A stretch of DNA of 64,000 bases from Candidatus Bathyarchaeia archaeon (GCA_038868075.1 JAWBXB010000002.1:7375-71374), one strand, 5' to 3'. Positions 30,666 through 39,772 are shown, counted from the first letter of the stretch. The notes: a model not told the origin generated them from the letters alone. A program made the numbers and translations.

Positions 30666-30944
30666 ATGCCTGCAATAGAAATTGGGAGAATTTGCGTGAA
30701 GATTAGGGGTAGGGAGGCTGGTAAACGCTGCGTCATACTCGATATTATAGACAAAAACTTTGTGCTCGTAACTGGACCGAAAAATGTTACTGGAGTCAGG
30801 CGGAGACGTGTAAATATTAGCCATTTGAAGCCAACAGAAGATATCATTAAGATAAGAAGGGGCGCATCCGACGAAGAAGTCTATAGGGCTCTTGCTGAAT
30901 CAGGGAAACTCGAAGAATATATGCGCAAAGAGAAACTAGAGTAA
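30666..30944 (+). CDS. rpl14e: ribosomal protein eL14
   Basis: 92 aa with a KOW-type start MPAIEIGRICVKIRGREAGKRCVILDIID. It sits in the conserved position upstream of cbf5. Confidence 0.85.
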   Translation: MPAIEIGRICVKIRGREAGKRCVILDIIDKNFVLVTGPKNVTGVRRRRVNISHLKPTEDIIKIRRGASDEEVYRALAESGKLEEYMRKEKLE

Positions 30945-30970
30945 TTTAAGAAAATATTGAGGAGGGTCAA

Positions 30971-32000
30971 ATGCGGGAAATAAAAACTCCATGGAGCATA
31001 AAACGGGAGCTATTGACGAAATCCGAGGATGAAACAGACCCCAATTATGGATATAAGCCTGAAGAACGCCCATACCCAGATATTATAAAGTTTGGCATAA
31101 TAAACTTAGATAAACCTCCCGGTCCCTCAAGCCATGAAGTAACAGCTTGGGTGAAGCGGATATTAGGCATTGAGCACGCCGGTCACGGAGGGACCTTAGA
31201 ACCCGCCAGCCGCGATGAAAGCTGGTGGATGTGGAAATCCTAAAGTGACCGGCGTTTTACCAGTAGCTTTGGAAGAGGCAACAAAGGTTATTCAAGCACT
31301 GCTTAAAGCTGGTAAGGAATATGTTGGCGTAATGAAGCTTCATGGGGACATCTCTGAGGAGCGGATTAGGGAGGTCTTCAGCGAGTTTCAGGGGAAAATT
31401 TATCAGAGACCCCCTTTAAGGGCATCGGTTAAAAGATCTCTACGTGTGAGAACAATTTACTATTTAAATGTGCTGGAAATCGAAGGCAGAAATATTCTGT
31501 TTAAGGTTGGATGCGAGGCGGGCACATATATCAGAAAGTTAATTTATGATATAGGAAGAGTTTTTGGCTGTGGTGCTCACATGCATGAGCTCCGTAGAAC
31601 AAGGGCTGGTCCCTTCACTGAAAATAGGGATATGGTTACATTACATGACATTTTATACCTTTATGAGAGGTGGCGTGAGACTGGTGATATAAAAATGCTT
31701 AGAAAATTTATTCTTCCAATGGAGAGAGCCCTAGACCTAATGCCGAAGGTTTTCATTAGAGATTCCGCGGTAGACGCTATATGCCATGGAGCCCATTTAA
31801 CAGCTCCAGGCATAACCTATGTTGAATCTGGAATAAACCCTAAGGATCCGGTTGCTATACTCACTCTTAAGAGTGAAGCAGTGGCGCTTGGAACAGCCTT
31901 AGCGAGTACGGAGGAAATGCTTAAAGCAACCCATGGAATAATGGTCAGGACAGAAAGGGTTTTAATGCCTAGAGGAACATATCCAAAACTATGGAAGTAA
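30971..32000 (+). CDS. cbf5: tRNA/rRNA pseudouridine synthase Cbf5, two exons: join(30971..31199,31237..32000)
   Basis: Exon 1 ends ...ILGIEHAGHGGTL. Exon 2 continues (D)PKVTGVLPVALEEATKV and runs through the PUA domain. Removing 37 nt gives a continuous 330-aa Cbf5 with the canonical GHGGTLDPKVTG motif. Confidence 0.85.
31200..31236 (+). other. bulge-helix-bulge intron in the cbf5 pre-mRNA
   Basis: Hand fold. Outer helix: 31190-31193 pairs with 31238-31241 (4 bp). Central helix: 31194-31197 pairs with 31231-31234 (3 of 4 pairs). The 3-nt bulges are 31198-31200 and 31235-31237. Inner helix: 31203-31210 pairs with 31221-31228 (8 bp) plus 31201:31230. Cleavage after the second bulge nucleotide on each side rebuilds a GAT (Asp) codon. 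Confidence 0.7.
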
Positions 32001-32056
32001 TCAAACAATTTAAATAACCTGAAAATTATAGAGATTTAAGAGCCGGGGTCTCCTAG

Positions 32057-32079
32057 AGCCAACAAATACCGGCGGGAAA
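32057..32079 (+). other. tRNA-Ser intron 1 (D-loop), relaxed BHB
   Basis: Central helix: 32051-32054 (UCCU) pairs with 32074-32077 (GGGA, a copy of the D-stem 3' strand). Bulges are 32055-32057 and 32078-32080. Inner helix: 32058-32060 pairs with 32071-32073. No outer helix was found. Removal yields a normal 9-nt D-loop with G18 and G19. Confidence 0.55.
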
Positions 32080-32094
32080 TCCGGTAGGGAGCAG

Positions 32095-32120
32095 ATCATA
32101 AAAGGCAGACGTGAGCTCAA
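32095..32120 (+). other. tRNA-Ser intron 2 (anticodon stem, position 29/30), canonical hBHBh' motif
   Basis: Outer helix: 32085-32088 pairs with 32122-32125. Central helix: 32089-32092 (GAGC) pairs with 32115-32118 (GCUC). Bulges are 32093-32095 (AG|A) and 32119-32121 (AA|G). Inner helix: 32096-32099 pairs with 32111-32114. All helices are 4 bp. Confidence 0.8.
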
Positions 32121-32128
32121 GCCTGGAG

Positions 32129-32144
32129 CCTAAAAATGCTAAAC
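32129..32144 (+). other. tRNA-Ser intron 3 (canonical 37/38 position), 16 nt
   Basis: Removal joins CUGGAG to A-GCCUG, giving a 7-nt loop with U33 and anticodon GGA. The central helix has 3 of 4 pairs (32124-32126 with 32139-32141). The boundary could slide by one nucleotide. Confidence 0.6.
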
Positions 32145-32219
32145 AGCCTGTGGCCCGCTTGGGCCGCGTGGGTTCAAATCCCACCCCCGGCGCCATATCC
32201 TTTGCTCATTTTAGGCTTA

Positions 32220-32225
32220 TTTTTT
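32220..32225 (+). terminator. oligo-T tract downstream of tRNA-Ser
   Basis: A T6 run lies 25 nt after the tRNA 3' end and is followed by more T5-T6 runs up to about 32300. Archaeal terminators are oligo-T tracts. Confidence 0.35.
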
Positions 32226-32530
32226 GGCTGTTTTTGAGCAGGAGGCGAGCTTAATTCTTGCTCTGTTTTTGCATGGGTTTTTATTTTTCTTTTGGGCTAC
32301 GGTTTTTGGCTAAGCTTAAACACTAAAAATCTTTAGTGCATTATCCTATTATCGAGATGCTACATGAAATTGGGCTGCGAATTCGATGAATACGGGGTTT
32401 TCATCAACAAATCCGCGCATATATAAAGCGAGGGACATGGTTGGAGAAGATTGCTTGTGGAAGGCTATAATTCCCGGCACCTATTTTGGCTGACGGAGAT
32501 CTCTTTGGTATCAAAAGGGTTCCCTTCACG

Positions 32531-32659
32531 TTATTTTTCACATTCTTCCTTTTTCTGCTTTGCTAGCTTGAGAAGCTTCCTTATAATTTCATCGTAAGTT
32601 TCGCCATTTCTCATAACCTCAGCCGAGTTTAAGTGGCTTGGAGAGGGGATCGAATACAC
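32531..32659 (-). pseudogene. short VapB/antitoxin-like remnant
   Basis: Own translation from GTG gives (V)YSIPSPSHLNSAEVMRNGETYDEIIRKLLKLAKQKKEECEK. The G-E-(S/T)-(F/Y)-(S/D)-E-(V/I)-I-R-x-L-L segment resembles the small archaeal antitoxins paired with PIN toxins. The sequence downstream shows only broken frames. Confidence 0.3.
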
Positions 32660-33510
32660 CTACAAGATTGGCTCAGAAAACCCAGTTTGGAGCGAAAAAA
32701 GCGGGTTGCAGTGTGGGGATTTACATACATCTACGTAGGGAAGACATTCACTGCTTTAACTGGAAGTATTGGAATATGTCAACCGTAGATGGGAGGGAGG
32801 CATTAGTGGTCCTAGTGCCAGCTAATGCATGGCTCTCGCTCGGCATGAGTGGAAAAGAGAGTGTAAGGGGTTTGAAGCTGGGTGATAATATTTGGCTCCG
32901 CGCAAGCTTCCGCTTCCTGAACGGCTCAATGGTGCCCGTTCAGATATCGGGTCCGAATATAAAATGATAAAAATGACAGAAGCTGGGGGAATCAGTTTCC
33001 CCTCAATTTTCTTAATTACGCCGACCGATGGGTACTCAGGCGGGCTCCGGCAGCACGTCATGTGCGTCTGGAATGAAAGTGATCGGTGCACCGGTAAGAT
33101 ACGAGAACACTCTAGAGGGCTCTTATGAAATGATAAGGAAGCATTTTGGCCACCCCTCGATGAGATATTTATCAGACTCGTGGTTCCAGGATGGTTCGAG
33201 AGATTTAATAGAACGACGTTGATAGCCATAGGGGTGGATACAAAGGCATTTAAGCCGTCCGCGATCTTCACGTTTGAAATCTTCAATAACGCCAGCATCC
33301 CAATTGAATGTGTAAAGGTGAGGAGTGGCGGAGACGAGGTCTACGCTGCTCTAGAGAGCCCGATAATGGGGGTGGATCAAGGAGGCTGAAGGTCGCCGCC
33401 TCGGCAACTTTACTGTCGGCGGATCCTACCATATAACTGTGATAGCAATATATGAGAACGGGAGAACCGCGAGCGAAACCTTAAAAGTAAACCTCACAGC
33501 TCAAGAATGA
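32638..33510 (+). pseudogene. GC-rich tract of decayed coding fragments in shifting frames, including a GT4 glycosyltransferase-like piece
   Basis: Successive overlapping plus-strand ORF fragments lie at 32638-32967, 32892-33128, 33028-33222 and 33180-33389. An ATG-less open frame runs 33367-33510. The motif LIAIGVDTKAFKP resembles the GT4 (I/V)xNGVDxxxFxP motif. A 158-aa antisense ORF also stays open, as expected for GC-rich non-functional sequence. Confidence 0.4.
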
Positions 33511-33882
33511 TGCTTAACTACGTCATATTATGACTCAGTTGGAAATATTTCGCCGTTATAGAAATTTCCCCCTTTTAAGTTTAGCAATTCTTTTCCTCTC
33601 TATAAAAATGGTATGGGGAAGATACCGTGCCCCATAGTGGTTGAGTGTTATCAGCCTGGTCATGGAGTTATCTGGCGTTCTAAGGAAAGGCATTATTTAC
33701 GCGTTGCTATAAGTATTGACATAAAGAGGAAGAAGAGTAGGAGCAAAAGATTAATTACAATAATGCATTTTCATTGAAGAACCGCGAAAGTTTATGAGAA
33801 ATAAAATAGGCTAGTAACTTTGAAATTGAAAATGCTTATTTTTTAGTTACCACTAATAAATTGGGGAAGGAGATTGCAGTAA

Positions 33883-34605
33883 TTGAGCGAGTCCTCTGTG
33901 ATTCTTACTGGCAGAAATATTAACGCTGGGTATGGTAGGGTTCAAATATTATTTGATGTTGACTTTGAATTTAAAGAGAGAACAATATGGGCGATTATAG
34001 GTCCGAATGGAAGTGGAAAATCAACACTGTTAAAGACAATTTTTGGCTTAACGACAATTTATAGTGGTTCAATAAAATTTAATAACAGGGAGATTATTGG
34101 CAAATCCCCTCATGAAATAGCGAAACTTGGCATTGTTTATGTACCGCAAGTCGAAAACATTTTCTATAATTTGAGTGTTAAAGAAAATCTCATTATGGCA
34201 GCTTACATGTTGCTTAAGGAGGAAAGGGAAGAAAGATTGAAGGAGATTCTAGATATATTTCCAGTTGTTAAATCCAGCTTAGATAGGAGAGCAGGAACAT
34301 TAAGTGGCGGAGAGAGACAGATGCTGGCAATAGCGATGGCTCTCTTTAGAAAACCAAAATTGATGCTGTTTGATGAGCCAACAGCTCATTTAGCGCCGAA
34401 AATTGCAAATGAGATCTTAGAGAAGATAATAGAGTTAAAAGAGAGTTTGGGAATAACTATAGTTTTAGTTGAACAAAACGCCAAAAGAGCCCTTGAGATA
34501 AGCGATTATGCTCTTCTTATGGTGAGTGGAAGGGTAAAATTTAATGATAAAGCTAGTAAGCTATTAGAAGAGCCTGAAATAGGTAAACTTTATATTGGAT
34601 TATAA
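33883..34605 (+). CDS. livF: branched-chain amino acid ABC transporter ATP-binding protein (LivF type)
   Basis: 240 aa with Walker A GPNGSGKST, signature LSGGERQ and Walker B LMLFDEP. The start is TTG. Confidence 0.8.
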   Translation: MSESSVILTGRNINAGYGRVQILFDVDFEFKERTIWAIIGPNGSGKSTLLKTIFGLTTIYSGSIKFNNREIIGKSPHEIAKLGIVYVPQVENIFYNLSVKENLIMAAYMLLKEEREERLKEILDIFPVVKSSLDRRAGTLSGGERQMLAIAMALFRKPKLMLFDEPTAHLAPKIANEILEKIIELKESLGITIVLVEQNAKRALEISDYALLMVSGRVKFNDKASKLLEEPEIGKLYIGL

Positions 34606-34617
34606 TTTTGTACCATC

Positions 34618-35679
34618 CTATTTTTTAGAAAATTTATTTTCAGCCCTCTTTTCCCTTACTGATTTAAGTAAATCAGTAAGCCCTCTGCTATGGCTTGCTT
34701 TTATCCTTTCAGGCAGTATCCCTTGTGGCATGAAAATCATAATTATAAGTAAAGAGATAGCTAAAAGCATCGATTCTAGCCATATAACTTCAAAAGGTAG
34801 AAAGCTCCTAAATTCATGCTTATAAGTAATTAGTATTCTTCTTAATGTGACGATTAAAGCTGTACCAGTGATACAACCTAAATTATTGCCAAGGCCTCCA
34901 ACCATAACCATTAACCAAGGCCAGAAAGTCCAAACAATCCTGTCATAACTACTTGCCACAACTGCTCCCATATCTAAAGCATAAAGGAAACCAGCAACTG
35001 AGCATAAAACTGAACCTAGAATAATTACTTTCATCTTAACTGATTTAACATCTTTACCTAAACTCTCAGCAGCTTCTTCATTTTCTCTTATAGCCTTAAT
35101 AAGTCTTCCGAAGGGTGATCTTAAAATCATCTCTACAAGTATAGTTAGGGTTATGGTGATTAATAAAATCGGTATTATACGAAAACGCCCCCAGTTAATG
35201 AGAAGGTTCGGTACTAAGATGCCCAGCGGTCCTCCCGCCAACGGAGTATAATACGTTCCAATTGTTCTGAGGACTTCTCCCATGGCTATTAGCGTCATCA
35301 TTAGATAGACAGCTTTTAGCTTTACAGCTGGATAAACTGATATTAACCCAAGAAATATGCTTACCATTATTGCTACTATAAGAGTTATTAAAAAGATTAT
35401 AGTTGCCATTATAGGGTCATTTGCTAATTTTTGATTAATAAGTGAAATTATCCGAGCATTATCCTGAATATATTCCCAACCATCCTGCAAATAAATAGCC
35501 ATTAACAGTCTTCCAGGCAAATAAGCGACTGTAAAAGCGCCTCCCATAACTGAAAGATGTAAACCAAGATTCGGAATTCCGGTAAATCCATATTCAAGAT
35601 TGAGGGCTAGGGATACAAGCCAAAAGATTGCAATATAAACTACTATATTGATAATATGTTGTAATAATATTTCAATCAT
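34618..35679 (-). CDS. livM: branched-chain amino acid ABC transporter permease (LivM type)
   Basis: 353-aa polytopic membrane protein that overlaps livH by 4 nt. Confidence 0.75.
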   Translation of the reverse strand: MIEILLQHIINIVVYIAIFWLVSLALNLEYGFTGIPNLGLHLSVMGGAFTVAYLPGRLLMAIYLQDGWEYIQDNARIISLINQKLANDPIMATIIFLITLIVAIMVSIFLGLISVYPAVKLKAVYLMMTLIAMGEVLRTIGTYYTPLAGGPLGILVPNLLINWGRFRIIPILLITITLTILVEMILRSPFGRLIKAIRENEEAAESLGKDVKSVKMKVIILGSVLCSVAGFLYALDMGAVVASSYDRIVWTFWPWLMVMVGGLGNNLGCITGTALIVTLRRILITYKHEFRSFLPFEVIWLESMLLAISLLIIMIFMPQGILPERIKASHSRGLTDLLKSVREKRAENKFSKK

Positions 35680-36608
35680 TTCTCTCTTCTCCTAACTCTA
35701 CTTAATACGTTTCTTATTTCTTTAGAGAGAGCGCTAACACCTGTTGGGCAAACAAGAAGCATCACTATCATTATTGCGAGGGGGAAAAGCGGTCTATAAG
35801 AAGTAACCCAGCTCCCCAAAATTCTTGTGAAAATATATGTTAAGAATATTTCTGAAAAACCGACTAAATAGCCTCCTATTATTGCACCTTGAATGCTTGA
35901 AAATCCACCTAGGACGCTGGCAGCAAATATTGTTATTAATAATGTAATTCCTTGCGCAGTATTTACGTGAAACCATAGGGGTAAGAGAGATCCGGAGAAA
36001 CCACTTAAACATCCTGTTAGTAACCAAGAGATTGCTGAAATCATATCAACATCAACACCTAAAACTTCGGCTAAAAACGGGTTTTCAACTGCCGCTCTCA
36101 TCGCTATACCGAATTTACTTTTTGTTAGAATAAAGTTAAGGAATATAATTAATGATACACTACATATTGTGGAGATCAAGAGAACTCCTGGCAGATCAAA
36201 AATTGAAAAATCAAAAAATCTTAATGAAAAAGATTGTAAATATACCTTCATTGTCTTCTGCAAAACATCTATGATAATATTAATTAGAGAATAAAGCAGC
36301 ATCTCTATAGCTAACGTTGATATTGTTAACGAAATTTCCGTTGCTCCGCGCGCTTTTAACACACTTAAAACTACCTTATAAATCGCGAAACAAAATGCTC
36401 CGACAATTATGGAGGCCACTGGCATAAACCAATAAGGATTATATCCATTAATACATGCCATCAAGGATATGCATGCCCCAACCATAGCTAATGTTCCTTG
36501 GGCAAAATTAGGTATTCTGGAAGTCATATAAGTTAAGGTAAATCCGATGCTTAATAATGTTATGCAATTTGCATATATTATCGCCGAAATAATTGTTGGA
36601 TCAATCAT
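35676..36608 (-). CDS. livH: branched-chain amino acid ABC transporter permease (LivH type)
   Basis: 310-aa polytopic membrane protein with a LivH-like start (IPNFAQGTLAMVGA). Confidence 0.75.
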   Translation of the reverse strand: MIDPTIISAIIYANCITLLSIGFTLTYMTSRIPNFAQGTLAMVGACISLMACINGYNPYWFMPVASIIVGAFCFAIYKVVLSVLKARGATEISLTISTLAIEMLLYSLINIIIDVLQKTMKVYLQSFSLRFFDFSIFDLPGVLLISTICSVSLIIFLNFILTKSKFGIAMRAAVENPFLAEVLGVDVDMISAISWLLTGCLSGFSGSLLPLWFHVNTAQGITLLITIFAASVLGGFSSIQGAIIGGYLVGFSEIFLTYIFTRILGSWVTSYRPLFPLAIMIVMLLVCPTGVSALSKEIRNVLSRVRRREK

Positions 36609-36698
36609 TTTCCCACATCAAAATATTACTTAAATTTCTTAGCTTAAAGAAAAACTTAAGTATTACTTTCCTCTCCTTTACTTAGGGGAAATTATAAG

Positions 36699-37964
36699 AT
36701 GAAGACTTCTATTGCAGTTATAGGAATGATTCTGTTGCTGGTCGCTGGTTTTGCTGGAGGATTCTATATTGGCAGAATAACTTATCCAGTGCCAGAATAT
36801 AAGGGACTTACTGGAGAATTTTTAATTCCAATAATTGAAGCAACGGCAAGTCCACATATCCCCCCAGTAGTAGAAATACTTAATGAAGAAGTGAATGCTT
36901 ACCTTAAAAGTATAGGTGCTAATTTTACAATAAAATTCGTTTATGATCAATCTGAGGGTTCAGCAGATAGATTCGCCGCGCAGGTTCAGGAGTATCACAC
37001 CGCCGGAGCTAAGGTTATAATTGGCTCTCCTTGGAGTAGCCATTGCATGGCAGCTAAATCCTACGCTGATGAACATCATGTTCTCATATTTAGTATGGCT
37101 TCATCTTCCCCATTGCTTGCTATACCTGACGATTACATATTTAGGCTAAATACTGATGATAGATATCAAGCGAGACTACTAGCTGATTTGTACAAAGAAT
37201 TTGGTATCAAGGCTTTTGTCTCATTATATGTTGGTGATGCCTGGGGGAGGGGTCTCATAGAAGCTTTAAGAAACGAGATTGCGAATACCTCCATAGTTGA
37301 ATATTATAGTATTGAATATACCCCGGAGACTAACTTCATCACTGAAATGGCTCTTCTTAATGAAAAGGTCTCTGAAGCTGTTGAAATTTATGGTAAGGAT
37401 AAGGTGGCCGTTGAGTTTATTGGATTTGCAACAGTTCAAGATGTGCCAGCAATGCAGCAGGCAGCAAATTATCCCCTACTCTTAGAAGTTCCTTGGATTA
37501 CTGCTGATGCTATATGGTTCAGTATTGCATTAGATCAATACAAGGACTATGCTGTCAAAGTTGGATTTTTAGCCCCGCAATGGGCTTCAGCTCTTTCAGA
37601 CAACTATTATGCATTTGTAGAAAAATATAAAGCAAAAACGGGCTTCGAACCAGAAAACTACGCGGTTAACACATATGATTGTGGATGGATCATAACCTTC
37701 TGTATACTCAATGTACAAAAGTATGATGCTGATGCTATTAAAAAAATACTTCCATTCATATGTAGTAGATATTTCGGTGCCAGAGGTTGGACTAAATTAA
37801 ATGAAGCTGGAGATCTAGCATATTCAAACTATGTTATTGGGGCTGTTGTTGACGAAGAAAATCCACACTGGGAAAATGTTGGATTCTATGATTCAGTGTC
37901 ACGAACCTTCACTTGGTTTGTTGATCCCAAAGAATTTTGGCCACCGTTAAAAAGAAGGAGCTAA
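36699..37964 (+). CDS. type 1 periplasmic-binding-fold substrate-binding protein, membrane anchored
   Basis: 421 aa. It has an N-terminal TM anchor (IAVIGMILLLVAGFAGGFYIG) and a LivJ/K-like ligand-binding domain. It is divergent from livHM. Confidence 0.7.
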   Translation: MKTSIAVIGMILLLVAGFAGGFYIGRITYPVPEYKGLTGEFLIPIIEATASPHIPPVVEILNEEVNAYLKSIGANFTIKFVYDQSEGSADRFAAQVQEYHTAGAKVIIGSPWSSHCMAAKSYADEHHVLIFSMASSSPLLAIPDDYIFRLNTDDRYQARLLADLYKEFGIKAFVSLYVGDAWGRGLIEALRNEIANTSIVEYYSIEYTPETNFITEMALLNEKVSEAVEIYGKDKVAVEFIGFATVQDVPAMQQAANYPLLLEVPWITADAIWFSIALDQYKDYAVKVGFLAPQWASALSDNYYAFVEKYKAKTGFEPENYAVNTYDCGWIITFCILNVQKYDADAIKKILPFICSRYFGARGWTKLNEAGDLAYSNYVIGAVVDEENPHWENVGFYDSVSRTFTWFVDPKEFWPPLKRRS

Positions 37965-38033
37965 AAGTAGAGCGGTATAAACATTACCTAACTACTCCAT
38001 TTTTATTTTTTATTATGAGGGAAGGATGTAGAA

Positions 38034-38798
38034 ATGAATAATATGGGTTGCATCTTGGTTGTCAAAAATCTTACTAAGACATTTGGAGGAGTACGCGCCT
38101 TAAATAATGTTTCCATGAGCTTAAGTGGTGGCATAACATTAGTTATGGGACCTAATGGAAGTGGGAAAACAACTTTAATCAATTGCATCTCCGGAATATA
38201 TAAGCCTGATAGTGGAAAAATAGAGTATAATGGTATTGATATCACTGGAAAGCCCCCTCACGAAATCGTTAGGTATGGAATTGTACACACATTCCAGATT
38301 CCCTCACCATTCAAGAGGCTTTCTGTTCTTGAAAATTTAATGGTGAGTGCGCAAAACAATAGAGGGGAAAAACTGTTACGCTCTATTTTTAAGAGAGAAT
38401 GGATAAAAGAAGAAAGAGAAAACTTTGAAAAATCTATGGAAATCCTCGAATTACTTAACCTTGACCATTTATATGACCAACCAGCTTTTGTGTTAAGTGG
38501 AGGACAGTTAAAGCTTTTAGAAATAGGAAGAGCACTTATGACCAATGCTAAGCTAATTCTTATGGATGAGCCTGTTGGAGGAGTTAATCCAGTATTGGCC
38601 CATCAAATATTTTCGCATCTCCGGAAGATAATGAAGGAAATGAAAATAGCATTCTTGGTTGTTGAACATAGATTAGATGTAGCCATTAAATATGTGGACT
38701 ATGTTTATGCCATGGCAGAAGGTAAAATAATATCTCACGGCCCTCCAGAAAAGGTTGTGAGTGACGAAACAGTTACGAAAACATATTTGAGTGGCTGA
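38034..38798 (+). CDS. livG: branched-chain amino acid ABC transporter ATP-binding protein (LivG type)
   Basis: 254 aa with GPNGSGKTT, VHTFQIP, LSGGQLKLLEIGRAL and LILMDEP. Confidence 0.8.
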   Translation: MNNMGCILVVKNLTKTFGGVRALNNVSMSLSGGITLVMGPNGSGKTTLINCISGIYKPDSGKIEYNGIDITGKPPHEIVRYGIVHTFQIPSPFKRLSVLENLMVSAQNNRGEKLLRSIFKREWIKEERENFEKSMEILELLNLDHLYDQPAFVLSGGQLKLLEIGRALMTNAKLILMDEPVGGVNPVLAHQIFSHLRKIMKEMKIAFLVVEHRLDVAIKYVDYVYAMAEGKIISHGPPEKVVSDETVTKTYLSG

Positions 38799-38836
38799 AA
38801 AATCCGAAAAGTATTTTAAACTTTAGCTCTTTTCTT

Positions 38837-39748
38837 TTGAGAGAGGATGAGAAATTGAAGAGGTTTGAGGGAACATATGTTGTTGCTGTTACACCATTTA
38901 AATCAAATGAGGAGCTAGATTTAGATGCTCTTAAGGAGAATATTGACTATTATATTGAGAATGGTGTTCATGGTGTGATCGTTTGCGGGAGCACAAGTGA
39001 GTTTGCCTCATTATCTGTTGATGAGCGCAAAAAAATTATGGAGGTTGCTGTGGATCACGTAAATGGAAGGGTTCCAGTCATCGCTGGTACTGGTGCATGC
39101 TCAACAAAGCAAGTTATAGACTTAACCAGGTATGCTAAGAATGTTGGTATAGATGGAGCATTGATAGTTCCGCCATTTTACACTAAACCTAAAGAGAACG
39201 AGCTGTATGAGCATTATAAAAGAATAGCAGAATCAGTTGATCTACCCATAATGCTCTATAATAACCCCTTCACAAGTAAGGTTGATATGCAGCCATCATT
39301 TATTGCTAAACTCTCTGAGTTACCCAATATTGAATATGTTAAGGAAAGCAGCGGGGATGTTACAAGGGTATGGAGGATCATCAATTTAACTAATGGTAAA
39401 ATGACTGTTTTCTGCGGGTCCGATAATCTGGCATTAGAATCTTTTTTGATGGGTGCGCGGGGATGGGTTTGCGTTGCAGCAAATATATTCCCGAAGCATA
39501 CAAGTCGTCTCTTCGAGTTAGCATGTAAAGAAAACAACATCGAGAAAGCACGTGAGTTATATAATAAGCTTCTTCCGCTTCTAAACTTCCTTGAGGAAAC
39601 CGGTAAGTTTGCTCAGCTAGCGAAGGCTGGGCTTGGGATGATGGGTAAAAGAACAGGTCCACCTAGAGGTCCGCTGCTTCCCCCGAGCGAGGAAGAGAAG
39701 AAAGAGCTGAAGGAGATTATTGAGAAAATTAAGATGATTAAAGTTTGA
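38837..39748 (+). CDS. dihydrodipicolinate synthase/N-acetylneuraminate lyase-family (class I aldolase) enzyme
   Basis: 303 aa with the motifs VTPF, GV.G..VCGSTSEF, PPFY and Y(N)NP. The start is TTG. Confidence 0.75.
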   Translation: MREDEKLKRFEGTYVVAVTPFKSNEELDLDALKENIDYYIENGVHGVIVCGSTSEFASLSVDERKKIMEVAVDHVNGRVPVIAGTGACSTKQVIDLTRYAKNVGIDGALIVPPFYTKPKENELYEHYKRIAESVDLPIMLYNNPFTSKVDMQPSFIAKLSELPNIEYVKESSGDVTRVWRIINLTNGKMTVFCGSDNLALESFLMGARGWVCVAANIFPKHTSRLFELACKENNIEKARELYNKLLPLLNFLEETGKFAQLAKAGLGMMGKRTGPPRGPLLPPSEEEKKELKEIIEKIKMIKV

Positions 39749-39772
39749 TTCATTTATGAGGTGTTATAACGT

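Larger units (their letters stand above)
32042..32195 (+). tRNA. tRNA-Ser(GGA), type II, three introns, genomically encoded CCA
   Basis: The acceptor GCCGGGG pairs with CCCCGGC, followed by discriminator G73 and CCA. The T arm is GTGGG-TTCAAAT-CCCAC. The long variable arm is GGCCC-GCTT-GGGCC. After removing three inserts, the D arm is UCCU-AGUCCGGUA-GGGA and the anticodon arm is CAGGC-CUGGAGA-GCCUG. Mature length is 89 nt including CCA. Confidence 0.85.

Noticed and set aside
32465-32490. Possible att-type repeat of the tRNA-Ser 3' end (CCCGGCACCTATT compared with CCCGGCGCCATAT) and the recurring TTTTGGCT words at 32223-32312 and 32484
   Set aside because: The match is about 10 of 13 positions and short. 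The TTTTGGCT words lie in T-rich terminator-like sequence. Both are too weak to call element borders.
32822-33298. 158-aa minus-strand ORF and the 60-110-aa plus-strand ORFs in the GC-rich island, considered as real genes
   Set aside because: They overlap one another on both strands and in several frames, and none is complete or recognisable. Long open frames on both strands are expected by chance in GC-rich sequence. I treated them as decayed fragments instead.
32640-33510. The GC-rich tract as a known structured RNA (RNase P RNA, SRP RNA or an rRNA fragment)
   Set aside because: I could not find the signature elements I know, such as GAGGAAAGUCC-type CR-I or the SRP helix 8 GGAA motif. Only short local hairpins are present. 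A novel RNA is not excluded, so the region is kept as a finding.
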